64,000 bases of DNA from an uncultured Gemmatimonadales bacterium (GTDB lineage: Bacteria > Gemmatimonadota > Gemmatimonadetes > Longimicrobiales > Gaopeijiaceae): NCBI GenBank assembly GCA_963809895.1, contig CAWELD010000003.1:2400001-2464000 (forward strand), written 5' to 3'. How positions within the stretch are numbered: position 1 is the first letter of the stretch; every line of letters starts with the position of its first letter. Position numbers and translations under genes: made by a program. Below are positions 54,417 to 62,911 of the stretch, piece by piece. The notes below the pieces were generated by a model. It was not told the DNA's origin. It saw only the letters and a list, made by a program, of their open reading frames with translations, and made no database searches.

Positions 54417-54601
54417 GCGGTGCCCCCGGAAGCTCGATGGGTCAGTCCCGCCACAGGAGCCGACTGCGCGCATCCGCAATGCCGCACCCGGCCGAGAACC
54501 AACCTATGGATGTCGCGGGTCGCGCACCTGCGCAAGGGCGGACACGATCCCCGGGGGTTGCCCGGAGCCCTTCGCGGGTAGCGACTTGCGACGTTCGGGC
54601 T

Positions 54602-54805
54602 TCAGGTGGCCAGCGGCGACGCCGTGGCTTCGGAGCCGGTATCGTCACGCCGCTCGCGCAGGTGACGATAGATGGATCGGCGCGTGAGTCCGTACAGCAC
54701 CACCCGGCTCAGGAACTCCGGGTCGCTCTTCTGAACCTCTTCGGCCTCGGCCGCGATGTCTCGGGGCAGACGAACGTTCAGTTGCACGGAACAGGTCTCC
54801 CACAT
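54602..54805 (-). CDS. Small protein with a ribbon-helix-helix-like N-terminus
   Basis: MWETCSVQLNVRLPRDIA... (beta strand, LP, helix); GGAG RBS. Confidence 0.65.
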   Translation of the reverse strand: MWETCSVQLNVRLPRDIAAEAEEVQKSDPEFLSRVVLYGLTRRSIYRHLRERRDDTGSEATASPLAT

Positions 54806-55229
54806 GCGCCGACTCCGAAAGGAATTGTTGAAAAGTTGATAACTGGCAGATGTCCCGCGCCGCCGCCGGATCCCGGCCCGGGCGGCACTCGCACAGCCCA
54901 CTCTGCTGGCTGCGGGAACGAAGAATAGGGCGCTTCTTTCCGGGGCGCAAGGCTCGTCCAGGCAACAAGGCTGAGCCGAATAGAATACGTAAGTCCCTGT
55001 CCAGCAAACACTTACGATTATGGCCGTTTCGCCGAATTCAAGCGTTCCCTCGGCTGCGCGAGAGCGCGATTTTTTGAACTTTTTTTGGAGGATGTGCTTT
55101 GATTCCGGGATGTTCCGAGATCAAGGCATCGAGAAATGACCCCGGATCCGTCGCGCGAATTTTGCAAATAATTGGAGCGCGCCGCGTAACCGCGGTCGAG
55201 CGCCGATCGGCGCCGGGCGAGGCGCGGAC

Positions 55230-55838
55230 CTACGGCAGCGCCGAGCGGAGGAAGGCGCGCAGCGTGGCTTCATCGAAGCTGCGGAAACGCTCGCGGACCG
55301 GGGTCAGATGCTCTTCCCGGAAGATGTCGGCGGTGCGCACGGAGTCGCGCTCGGGCGGGCGATGGAACTGGATGGCGCCGCGCCATCCCTCCTCCACCGG
55401 ATGGACGCACAGGGCGGCGACCCATTCCGCCGACGCCACGACGAAGGTCCGCACGTCCACGGTGACGGGCTCACCACCCGGTACCGCGGGCCCTTCGGCC
55501 AGCGGCGGCTCCACATCCACCAGATAGGCGCCCCGATTGAGGTGGAAGTCCTCGAGCCACGCTCCGAAGGGGGGCAGCGGCAGAAGCTCGGCGCAGTGGG
55601 CGGCGAGCTGTTCAAGCGTCGGCTCTCCCCGCACGGCCTCCCCCTGTCCGGCCCGGAACTGGCGCACCAGGGCGCGCACGCCCTCCCTGGGCACAATGGC
55701 GAGCAGGTCCCGTCCCTGGCGTTGGCGATACGCCTCGTAGCGCGCGCGCAGGGCTTCTGTGGCCGGGTGACTCTCCGCGGGTCCCTGTCGGGGGATGTGG
55801 GCGTACCGGGCTCCACCGGCGCCGAGCTCGGTGGCCAT
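55230..55838 (-). CDS. Hypothetical protein, domain order A-B
   Basis: LRARYEAY...LPLPPFGAWLEDF followed by W..WRG..F..RTADIFREE..LRAFLRSAL; TGATG coupling to the upstream gene. Confidence 0.72.
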   Translation of the reverse strand: MATELGAGGARYAHIPRQGPAESHPATEALRARYEAYRQRQGRDLLAIVPREGVRALVRQFRAGQGEAVRGEPTLEQLAAHCAELLPLPPFGAWLEDFHLNRGAYLVDVEPPLAEGPAVPGGEPVTVDVRTFVVASAEWVAALCVHPVEEGWRGAIQFHRPPERDSVRTADIFREEHLTPVRERFRSFDEATLRAFLRSALP

Positions 55839-56725
55839 CAGTGCACCGTCCCCATCTCGGACACCACGGGAGCCACGCGCACGGTCCTGGCGGCCGGAAG
55901 TCGGTCCCTGAGGCGGGCCAGCGTCTCTCGCTTGCCGAAGGTTGCGACCACACCGTCCACGGCCTGGAAGCGTTCCGGCTCGAAGCGCGCCAGCAGGCCC
56001 GCCAGCCCCGCGCGCACCCGTCCCAACTCCTCACGCAGCTCCTCCATGGTGAGGGGCAGCGGGAACCGGACCTGGTACCCGCCGGCGGCCGCCGGCGACG
56101 CCGGCACCAGCCGACGAAGGTCGGTGCCCGGGAACACCTCGCTCAGGGCATCCTCCAGCGTGTGATCCGGCGCGGCCGTGGGTGTGCGGAGGAGGAGGGC
56201 GTTGTCGTCGTAGTCCAGGTGGGCCCTCACCAGGCGCCCGGGGGCGACCGAGATACGGACTGCCGTGCCGTCGTTCAGGTCGAGATCGCGACACACGTCC
56301 CGGAATCCCAGGCGGAGCAGCGAGGGGCGGGTGAGCGGACCGAAGCCCACGCGCTCCAGGACCGAGAGTGCCAGACGAAAGCAGAAGCGCGACAGGTCGC
56401 CCCGATCCCGGCCGCTGGCGGCGGCGCGCACCAGCTCGGCCACGTGCTCGAGCGTCGGCTCGTACACCCAGTCGAGCACCACGAGCTCGCCACTCAGGTC
56501 CAGGAGCTTCACGTCGGCGCTGCCGAGGTCCACCACTTCGGCCGACGAGGCGTAACGGCCCTCGAGGACCAATGCCACACCGATGTCCTGGATGCGGCCC
56601 CCGGGCACGTCCACTTCGTGCACGTCGCGGTACTGGACCACGGCGCGGGTCAGCGGCAACTCGCAGACGCCGGGCACGTCGGCCATGGCTTCCGGTCGAC
56701 TGTCGAGGTTGAGGCTCGTGTGCAT
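55838..56725 (-). CDS. Hypothetical 295-aa cytoplasmic protein
   Basis: Long ORF with typical codon bias, translationally coupled to the next gene; no recognisable motif. Confidence 0.7.
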   Translation of the reverse strand: MHTSLNLDSRPEAMADVPGVCELPLTRAVVQYRDVHEVDVPGGRIQDIGVALVLEGRYASSAEVVDLGSADVKLLDLSGELVVLDWVYEPTLEHVAELVRAAASGRDRGDLSRFCFRLALSVLERVGFGPLTRPSLLRLGFRDVCRDLDLNDGTAVRISVAPGRLVRAHLDYDDNALLLRTPTAAPDHTLEDALSEVFPGTDLRRLVPASPAAAGGYQVRFPLPLTMEELREELGRVRAGLAGLLARFEPERFQAVDGVVATFGKRETLARLRDRLPAARTVRVAPVVSEMGTVH

Positions 56726-56803
56726 GTCGTATTCCCCGTGGATTCGCGCGTGCGCGTCACGGGGAGAGCATGCGTCAGGATCGTCGGAGGGTACACGCCG
56801 ACC

Positions 56804-56833
56804 TTGACACCCGCTCGACGAGCCTTGTATCCT
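56804..56833 (+). promoter_or_regulatory. Sigma70-type promoter
   Basis: TTGACA-18 nt-TATCCT. Confidence 0.6.
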
Positions 56834-56837
56834 CTTC

Positions 56838-56919
56838 GATAGTCAATCGAATGGAAACGGGCTCGCCAGCCCGTGCCGCGCGGGAGTTCCGGTGCCAGCC
56901 GGAGCTCCCGCGTTTTTTT
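56838..56919 (+). ncRNA. Candidate ~80-nt small RNA or attenuated leader
   Basis: Bounded by the promoter above and a strong terminator CGCGGGAGTTCCGG-tgccag-CCGGAGCTCCCGCG-TTTTTTT; internal ACGGGCT-cgcc-AGCCCGT hairpin. Confidence 0.5.
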
Positions 56920-57229
56920 CAGGGGTGGCGACGCCGAGGCACCACCACGCTTTTCTTGTAATTTTCTCCCGCCCCACGAAGGGGCGACGCAGGCCCGGCA
57001 GACGCGGTGCCACCCGCATCGTCCGGGCCTGATGCGACGGGTCGTCTACCCCGTCTGCGCTACGATAACCAACTGTTTACGACCCCCGCAAGAAGATTCG
57101 CTGCAGCGGGCCCGGAACCGCGCATTCCCACGTCCGCGGCGATGCCAATCGCCAGGGTCGGGATCTCCCGGCGGGGACCCGCCAGCCTCCAGGTTGCCAC
57201 CGCCGCAGAAGCCGATCACCTTGCCGGAT

Positions 57230-57940
57230 ATGGTCACGCCCACCCCCGATCGCTCCGCGCCACCGGTGCCGGAGCACCGCATCCGCCGCCGCTCCGTCGG
57301 CTTCCTGGATCGCGAGGGCCAACGATGGGCCTGCTTCCTGGTGAGCTATCCCGATGGCGACGGCGCCTGGCGGGGGCATTTCGCGTTCCGCCCGTCCGGC
57401 GGGCACGGCGACGGCCATCAGGTGCGTACCACCGACATCTTCGTCGAGCCGTCCGAGGCGGAGATCCAGGTGAAGGCGCGCGGACTGGGGCGCCCCCTGC
57501 TTCGTGCCCTGCTGGACTCGGCCCTGCACGTGCGTTCGCGGGCCGACGACGACTCCCCGTTCCTCCGCCGCTGGTTCCGGGAGCTTCTGGCGGAACACTC
57601 TCGCATGCCCGACGGACCGGCCGAAGGCGGCGTGGGCGAAGCGTCCGATCTCGACGAGTTGAGATCGCTGTACGCGTCGTATCGGCTCGACCAGGTCGCG
57701 CACTTCATCGCCCTGGTGCGTCCCGAGGAGTTCGAAGGCGCGGTCGCGCACGTGCTCGAAGGCGAGCGTATCGACTTCGCCGCCCGCGATCGGCTCCAGC
57801 TCGCCATGCTGGTGGTGGAGTTCATCGAGGAGCGGCTCCCGCTCCCGCCCTTCGAGGTCTGGGTGCGCGACTATCTCGAGCACGCGGAGCGCTACCACAT
57901 CTACGCGCACACGCTGCACCGCGAAGGGCGGCTGCCCTGA
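57230..57940 (+). CDS. Hypothetical protein, domain order B-A
   Basis: W..WRG.F.F..RTTDIFVE..LRALLDSAL followed by LRSLYASY...LPLPPFEVWVRDY. Confidence 0.72.
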   Translation: MVTPTPDRSAPPVPEHRIRRRSVGFLDREGQRWACFLVSYPDGDGAWRGHFAFRPSGGHGDGHQVRTTDIFVEPSEAEIQVKARGLGRPLLRALLDSALHVRSRADDDSPFLRRWFRELLAEHSRMPDGPAEGGVGEASDLDELRSLYASYRLDQVAHFIALVRPEEFEGAVAHVLEGERIDFAARDRLQLAMLVVEFIEERLPLPPFEVWVRDYLEHAERYHIYAHTLHREGRLP

Positions 57941-57968
57941 GCGACGGCCACCGCCCCCACGCCGAGCC

Positions 57969-59534
57969 TCAGCTCACGAGGTAGCCCGCCGCCAGGGCAC
58001 GGAACTCCTCCACCTGGGCCGACTCCCAGTCGGCGTCGCGGCCCAGCTCCCCTGCCATGAGCTCGGCAGCGACGGGCGCGGCCTCCATGGCGGCCCGCGC
58101 GTCGAGAAGCAGCGAACGGGTGCGCCGTGACAGGACGTCGTCCAGCGTGCGTGCCATCTCGTGACGCGCCGCCCACACGACCTCGGCACGCAGCGCGGGC
58201 AACCGCGGATGCAACACGTCGCCCAGTCCCTCCTGAGACATGGCCAGACGGCGCACCTCGGGCGCGTCCGACCCGTGCACGGCCAACGCGCCGTCCGAGG
58301 GCTCCTCAGGCCAGTGGCCATGGATCGGCAGGTCCTTGGTCGGACACGGCACGGGCTCCAGGCCCGCCAGCGTCGCCGCGTGATCCACGGTGTCCTCGGC
58401 CATGCGCCGATAGGTGGTCCACTTGCCTCCGGTGATGGTCACGAGTCCCGACGACGAGATCTGCAGGGTGTGATCACGGGACAGGGCAGCGGTGTCGTCG
58501 CCCTCACCTCCGGCGGCCACCAGTGGGCGCAGCCCGGCGAAGGCGCACAGCACCTCGGCGGGGTCCGGGTCCCGGGTCAGGTAGCGGGCGGCGTGCCGGA
58601 GCACGAAGGCCACCTCTTCGTCCAGGGGACGGGGTTCCAGCGAAACGTCGTCCATCGGCGTGTCGGTGGTCCCCACCAGCACGCGGTCGTGCCAGGGCAC
58701 CGCGAACAGCACCCGGCCGTCGTCGGTCCTGGGCACCATGATGGCCGAATCGCCGGGCAGGAACGTCCGGTCCAGCACCAGGTGGATACCTTGGCTCGGG
58801 CGGATCATGGAGGACGCGTCGGGATCGTCCATGCGCCGAATCGAGTCGGCGAACACGCCGGTGGCGTTCACGACCACGCGAGCCTCCACCTCGAGCTCCG
58901 CCCCTCGCTCCAGGTCTGTGGCGCGCACACCGGTGACGAATCCGTCGGCGTCCCGGAGAAGGGCGTCCACGCGGGCGTAGTTCACCAGCGTCCCGCCGTG
59001 TTCGGCAGCGGTGCGCGCGAGGTGGATCAGCAGGCGGGCATCGTCGAATTGGCCGTCGTGGTAGACGACGCCGCCGCGGAGCCCGTCAGGCTCGATGGTG
59101 GGAAGCCGCTCCAGTGTCTCCTCGCGCGACAGCAGGCGCGATGGCCCGAAGCCGTACTTGCCGGCCAGGGCATCGTAGACCTTGAGCCCGATGCCGTAGA
59201 ACGGCGCCTCCCACCAGTCGTAGTTGGGCACCACGAAGGCCAGGTCGTGGACGAGGTGCGGAGCATTGCCCCGCAGGATCCCGCGCTCCCTGAGCGCCTC
59301 CATGACCAGGGGGATGTTGCCCTGCCGAAGGTATCGGACGCCACCATGCACAAGCTTGGTGCTTCGCGACGACGTGCCCTTGCCGAAATCGCTCGCCTCC
59401 AGGAGGACCACGTCGTAGCCCCGGGCCGCGGCGTCCACCGCCACGCCGACGCCGGTGGCTCCCCCGCCGATGACTGCCACGTCCCACGGCTCCGTTCTCC
59501 GCTCCAGGCGTTGCAGCATCTCGTCACGATTCAT
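57969..59534 (-). CDS. glpD: FAD-dependent glycerol-3-phosphate dehydrogenase
   Basis: IGGGATG, GTSSRSTKLVHGGVRYL, DGQFDDAR, GLRPL, ITGGKWTTYR.MAE. Confidence 0.93.
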   Translation of the reverse strand: MNRDEMLQRLERRTEPWDVAVIGGGATGVGVAVDAAARGYDVVLLEASDFGKGTSSRSTKLVHGGVRYLRQGNIPLVMEALRERGILRGNAPHLVHDLAFVVPNYDWWEAPFYGIGLKVYDALAGKYGFGPSRLLSREETLERLPTIEPDGLRGGVVYHDGQFDDARLLIHLARTAAEHGGTLVNYARVDALLRDADGFVTGVRATDLERGAELEVEARVVVNATGVFADSIRRMDDPDASSMIRPSQGIHLVLDRTFLPGDSAIMVPRTDDGRVLFAVPWHDRVLVGTTDTPMDDVSLEPRPLDEEVAFVLRHAARYLTRDPDPAEVLCAFAGLRPLVAAGGEGDDTAALSRDHTLQISSSGLVTITGGKWTTYRRMAEDTVDHAATLAGLEPVPCPTKDLPIHGHWPEEPSDGALAVHGSDAPEVRRLAMSQEGLGDVLHPRLPALRAEVVWAARHEMARTLDDVLSRRTRSLLLDARAAMEAAPVAAELMAGELGRDADWESAQVEEFRALAAGYLVS

Positions 59535-59669
59535 GGGCTCTCGTCCGGGGATTCGGGGTGCGGCACGCGGCCTCCACGGGGGTCATGGTACGGTGTCGCG
59601 GCCCGTCGCGTCACCCCGCGGTGCGTGTTATGCTTTTCGGCTCGCTCGCGTCCTTCGGCCGGCTGTATC

Positions 59670-60473
59670 GTGAACCCTACGCTCCTCGCCCTCGTCAGCG
59701 TCGCCCTGGTCAGCCTGCTGTCGCTGGCCGGGCTCCTGACGCTCTCGCGCAACACCGAGGTCCTGCAGCACCGCCTCCCGCTCCTGGTGAGCCTGGCGGC
59801 GGGGGTGCTCGTGGGGAGCGCGGTCCTGCACCTCCTCCCCGAGGGCATGGAAGCGCTGGGGCCGGGCCTGCGGCTGCCCCTGCTGTTCCTGGTCGGGTTC
59901 CTCGGGTTCTTCGTCCTCGAGCGCTACCTGTGGTTCCATCACCACGGCCCCGACGTCGGTCCGGCGGACCCCCGGGGCGAAGGCCACCGCTCGGGTCACG
60001 GGCTGGAGGAGAACTGTCCGGATCCCCACCCGGTCGTGGTGATGAACCTGGTGGGCGACGGGGTGCACAACCTCATCGACGGGATGGCCATCGGTGCCGC
60101 GTACCTGGTGGACCCCGCCGCGGGATTCGCGACGACCTTGGCCATCGTCCTGCACGAGATCCCCCAGGAGATCGGAGATTTCGCGGTTCTGGTCCACGGC
60201 GGCCTCTCCGTCCGGCGCGCCCTGGTGCTCAACTTCCTGTCGGCGCTGGCCGCGGTGGTGGGCACGGTGGCGGCCCTCCTGGTGGGGGGCTCCGTCAGCG
60301 GCTTCTCCGCCATGTTGTTGCCCGTGACAGCAGGGAGCTTCCTTTACATCGCCGCCGCCGACCTGATCCCCGAGATCCACCGCCACGGGGACCGGAGCCG
60401 GGCTGCCGCCCAGAGCTTCTTCCTCTTCCTCGGGGTCGCCGTCACCCTGGTGCTCAAGGTGACTCTGCCGTGA
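59670..60473 (+). CDS. ZIP family zinc transporter
   Basis: HLLPE, His-rich loop, DGVHNLIDG, LHEIPQEIGDF, FLYIAAADLIPE; GTG start. Confidence 0.9.
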   Translation: MNPTLLALVSVALVSLLSLAGLLTLSRNTEVLQHRLPLLVSLAAGVLVGSAVLHLLPEGMEALGPGLRLPLLFLVGFLGFFVLERYLWFHHHGPDVGPADPRGEGHRSGHGLEENCPDPHPVVVMNLVGDGVHNLIDGMAIGAAYLVDPAAGFATTLAIVLHEIPQEIGDFAVLVHGGLSVRRALVLNFLSALAAVVGTVAALLVGGSVSGFSAMLLPVTAGSFLYIAAADLIPEIHRHGDRSRAAAQSFFLFLGVAVTLVLKVTLP

Positions 60474-60519
60474 TCCGCACGGGCGCGGTCCCGACCCCAT
60501 GCCCCGCGCTCCTTCCAGG

Positions 60520-60549
60520 TTGACTGGTCGCCCCCGCGAGGGCTAGCTT
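60520..60549 (+). promoter_or_regulatory. Putative rpsU promoter
   Basis: TTGACT-18 nt-TAGCTT. Confidence 0.45.
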
Positions 60550-60596
60550 TCAGAGCTTTGTCGCTTTAGTTGGTTCAACCGAGGAGAGTGATTCTC

Positions 60597-60794
60597 TTGG
60601 AAGTCACCATCCAGGATAACGAGAGTCTCGAGCGGGCCCTCCGCCGTTTCAAGCGGAAGGTTCAGCGCTCCGGCCTCTACTCCGAGCTTCGCAAGCGGCG
60701 CTATTACGAGAAGCCCAGCGCGCAGCGGAAGCGGAAGAGAGAAGCGGCCATCCGGCGCGAGCGTCGGCGTCAGCGGCGAAACACCCGGCGCTGA
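60597..60794 (+). CDS. rpsU: 30S ribosomal protein S21
   Basis: [25 protein letters not shown] start after GAGGAG. Confidence 0.95.
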   Translation: MEVTIQDNESLERALRRFKRKVQRSGLYSELRKRRYYEKPSAQRKRKREAAIRRERRRQRRNTRR

Positions 60795-60827
60795 CCGACG
60801 GTCCGGGACACTCGTCCTCGGACGGAA

Positions 60828-60862
60828 GAAAGGAGCCCTTCCCAGCGGGAGGGGCTCTTTTC
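60828..60862 (+). terminator. Intrinsic terminator after rpsU (possibly bidirectional)
   Basis: AAAGGAGCCCTTCCC-agc-GGGAGGGGCTCTTTT. Confidence 0.75.
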
Positions 60863-60865
60863 GTT

Positions 60866-61657
60866 TCAGGCGGAGCGCCGCCGGAGGAACAGGCTGTCGA
60901 GGGAATCCCAGGCCTCCAGGGCCTCGGGCGCGCACAGCTCCGATACGAAGCGGATCAGGAGCCGTTCCCATCCCCCGGGCATGCGGAGCTCGGTGGGGGT
61001 GGAGCCGATCGTGGAGCTCAGATACCGACACAGGTTCGCGCTGGTCACCCACCCCAGCCGCTGGGCGGCGCGCAAGGTGGTGAAGCCACGCCCGCGGAGC
61101 ACGTGAGCCACGCTCAGGGCCCGGAACCAGCGCAGGTAGGAAAAGGGGGATTCCAGGGAACGGCGACGGAAGCGGGCCTTCAGGGCTCCCGCCGACAGTC
61201 CCGTGAGGCGTTCCAGTGCGCCCAGATCACCGTATCGATGGGGTAGCGCCATGGCACGGCGCCCCAGCCCGCGCAGCGCCGACGGCAGGGGGCGCCCGGC
61301 GATGCGATCCAGATCCCGCAGCGCCGTGTCGAGCCAGAGGCGCCCACCCTGCTGCCGAAGCCCGGGCTGGAGCCGGGTCGCCAGATAGGCCGGCCAGGAC
61401 CGGGGCAGGCCGTCCGTCTTCCAGCCGTCCCTCCAGATCGCGGACTCACGCTCCGAGATCGTCAGGATGGGCACCGACCGCCCGCTCCCGTCCTGTACCG
61501 CCCTGCGAACTTTCTCCGTGGTCACCGCCACCCGCGGGAACCCGAGGTGCAACGCGAGCTCGACCTCGTCGGCGTCCGCCAGAACGTCCTCTTCGGGCGA
61601 AGCCGCCAGGCGCACAGCGGCTCGCAGGCCGGGATCGGAACGAAGAATGACGATCAT
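60866..61657 (-). CDS. AraC-like helix-turn-helix transcriptional regulator
   Basis: L...GLS..AL.ARF.R..L.SP..YLRW.R, A..LG....NL.R.....G.TP.EL. Confidence 0.7.
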   Translation of the reverse strand: MIVILRSDPGLRAAVRLAASPEEDVLADADEVELALHLGFPRVAVTTEKVRRAVQDGSGRSVPILTISERESAIWRDGWKTDGLPRSWPAYLATRLQPGLRQQGGRLWLDTALRDLDRIAGRPLPSALRGLGRRAMALPHRYGDLGALERLTGLSAGALKARFRRRSLESPFSYLRWFRALSVAHVLRGRGFTTLRAAQRLGWVTSANLCRYLSSTIGSTPTELRMPGGWERLLIRFVSELCAPEALEAWDSLDSLFLRRRSA

Positions 61658-61660
61658 GCT

Positions 61661-61969
61661 CTAGTAGGTCGCTGAAGAAGGGGAGCACCCCGCGTTGGGA
61701 GCGCCACGGCCCCTCAACCTAGGCGAAGCGACGAAGGCATAGCCATAGCTACGTCGAGGAGCTTCAACGACGGAGGAGGGGCCGTGCCGCCCCAACCCAC
61801 TGCCGTCCAAGTTCATAGGCCACATACGGATGGGCGCATGGCGGTTCCGCGGTTGATCCATCGTCTCTCCTCCTCGCCGTAGCGCTGCTACGACTCGTCG
61901 TCGCTCCTTGCCTGAACGCGCGAAAGCGCCATGCGCGCGGGGTACTCCCCTTCTTCAGCGACCTGCTAG
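61661..61969. mobile_element. Non-autonomous MITE, 301 bp, with ~30-bp terminal inverted repeats and CTAG flanks
   Basis: Left CTAG-TAGGTCGCTGAAGAAGGGGAGCACCCCGCG; right CGCGGGGTACTCCCCTTCTTCAGCGACCTG-CTAG (2 mismatches); no transposase. Confidence 0.75.
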
Positions 61970-62018
61970 TATTGCGACTCGGGCACCGTTCCGGCCAGGG
62001 GTTGTGGACGGATCGGGC

Positions 62019-62897
62019 TCAGACCGGAAGGGGAACGGGCTCGTCGCCGGACCAGTCGTAGAACCCCTCGCCGCTCTTCCGCCCGTACCTTCCCAACGCC
62101 ACCATGCGTCGCAGGAGCGGCGGCGGTGCGTAGCGGGGCTCCCGGTACTCGTCGAACATGATCTCCGAGATACGCAGGAGCGTGTCCACGCCCACGAAAT
62201 CACACAGCCGGAAGGGCCCCATGGGGTGTCCGCAGCCCAACACCATGGCCTTGTCGATGTCCTCCAACGTGCCGACGCCCCGCTCGAGTTGGCGGATGGC
62301 GTCGAGCATGTACGGCACCAGGAGGAGGTTCACCAGAAAGCCCGACCGGTCCTGCGCCATCACGGGCTCCTTGCCCAGCGAGCGGGCGAACGCCAGCACC
62401 CCGCCGAGGGTCGCCTCGGAGGTGGCGATGGTTCGCACCACCTCCACCAGCGTCATCACCGGCACCGGGTTGAAGAAGTGGAGCCCGACGAAGCGATCGG
62501 GCCGCGAGGTGCGGGCCGCCATGTCGGTGATGGGGAGGGAACTGGTGTTGGACGCGAACACCGTGTGCTCTCCGCAGACACCGTCCAGCGTGCCGAACAC
62601 CTGGTGCTTGACCTCCGGATCCTCCACCACCGCCTCGATCACCAGGTCGCAGTCCGCGAGCTCCGGCAGCTCGGTGGTGAAGCTCATGCGGCCCAGAGCC
62701 GCATCCCGGTCATCGCGCGTCAGCTTCTCCCGCTCCACGCCTCGCGCGAGCGACGCCTCGACACGGGCACGTCCCGACGCCAACGAGCCATCGTCGACCT
62801 CTCTCACCCGCACCGGATACCCGGCACGGGCGATGACCTCGGCGATCCCGCTCCCCATGAGCCCACACCCCACGACGCCCACCTTGTCGATCTTCAT
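62019..62897 (-). CDS. 3-hydroxyacyl(butyryl)-CoA dehydrogenase
   Basis: GCGLMGSGIA, ASNTSSL, GLHFFNP, GHPMGP, GRKSGEGFY. Confidence 0.93.
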   Translation of the reverse strand: MKIDKVGVVGCGLMGSGIAEVIARAGYPVRVREVDDGSLASGRARVEASLARGVEREKLTRDDRDAALGRMSFTTELPELADCDLVIEAVVEDPEVKHQVFGTLDGVCGEHTVFASNTSSLPITDMAARTSRPDRFVGLHFFNPVPVMTLVEVVRTIATSEATLGGVLAFARSLGKEPVMAQDRSGFLVNLLLVPYMLDAIRQLERGVGTLEDIDKAMVLGCGHPMGPFRLCDFVGVDTLLRISEIMFDEYREPRYAPPPLLRRMVALGRYGRKSGEGFYDWSGDEPVPLPV

Positions 62898-62911
62898 GCT
62901 CGACTCCGTCG

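Noticed and set aside
54805..55230. Possible oriC
   Set aside because: Only two imperfect DnaA-box-like 9-mers, no dnaA gene and no clear unwinding element
58161..59669. 770-aa ORF suggesting a long N-terminal extension on the ZIP transporter
   Set aside because: The extension is the antisense of glpD; the real gene starts near 59670
61690..61855. Possible 6S RNA (long hairpin)
   Set aside because: No convincing central-bubble consensus or zapA/rny context; the TIRs and CTAG flanks explain it better
61661..61861. 66-aa ORF with a strong RBS
   Set aside because: Lies wholly inside the inverted-repeat element and has atypical composition; probably fortuitous
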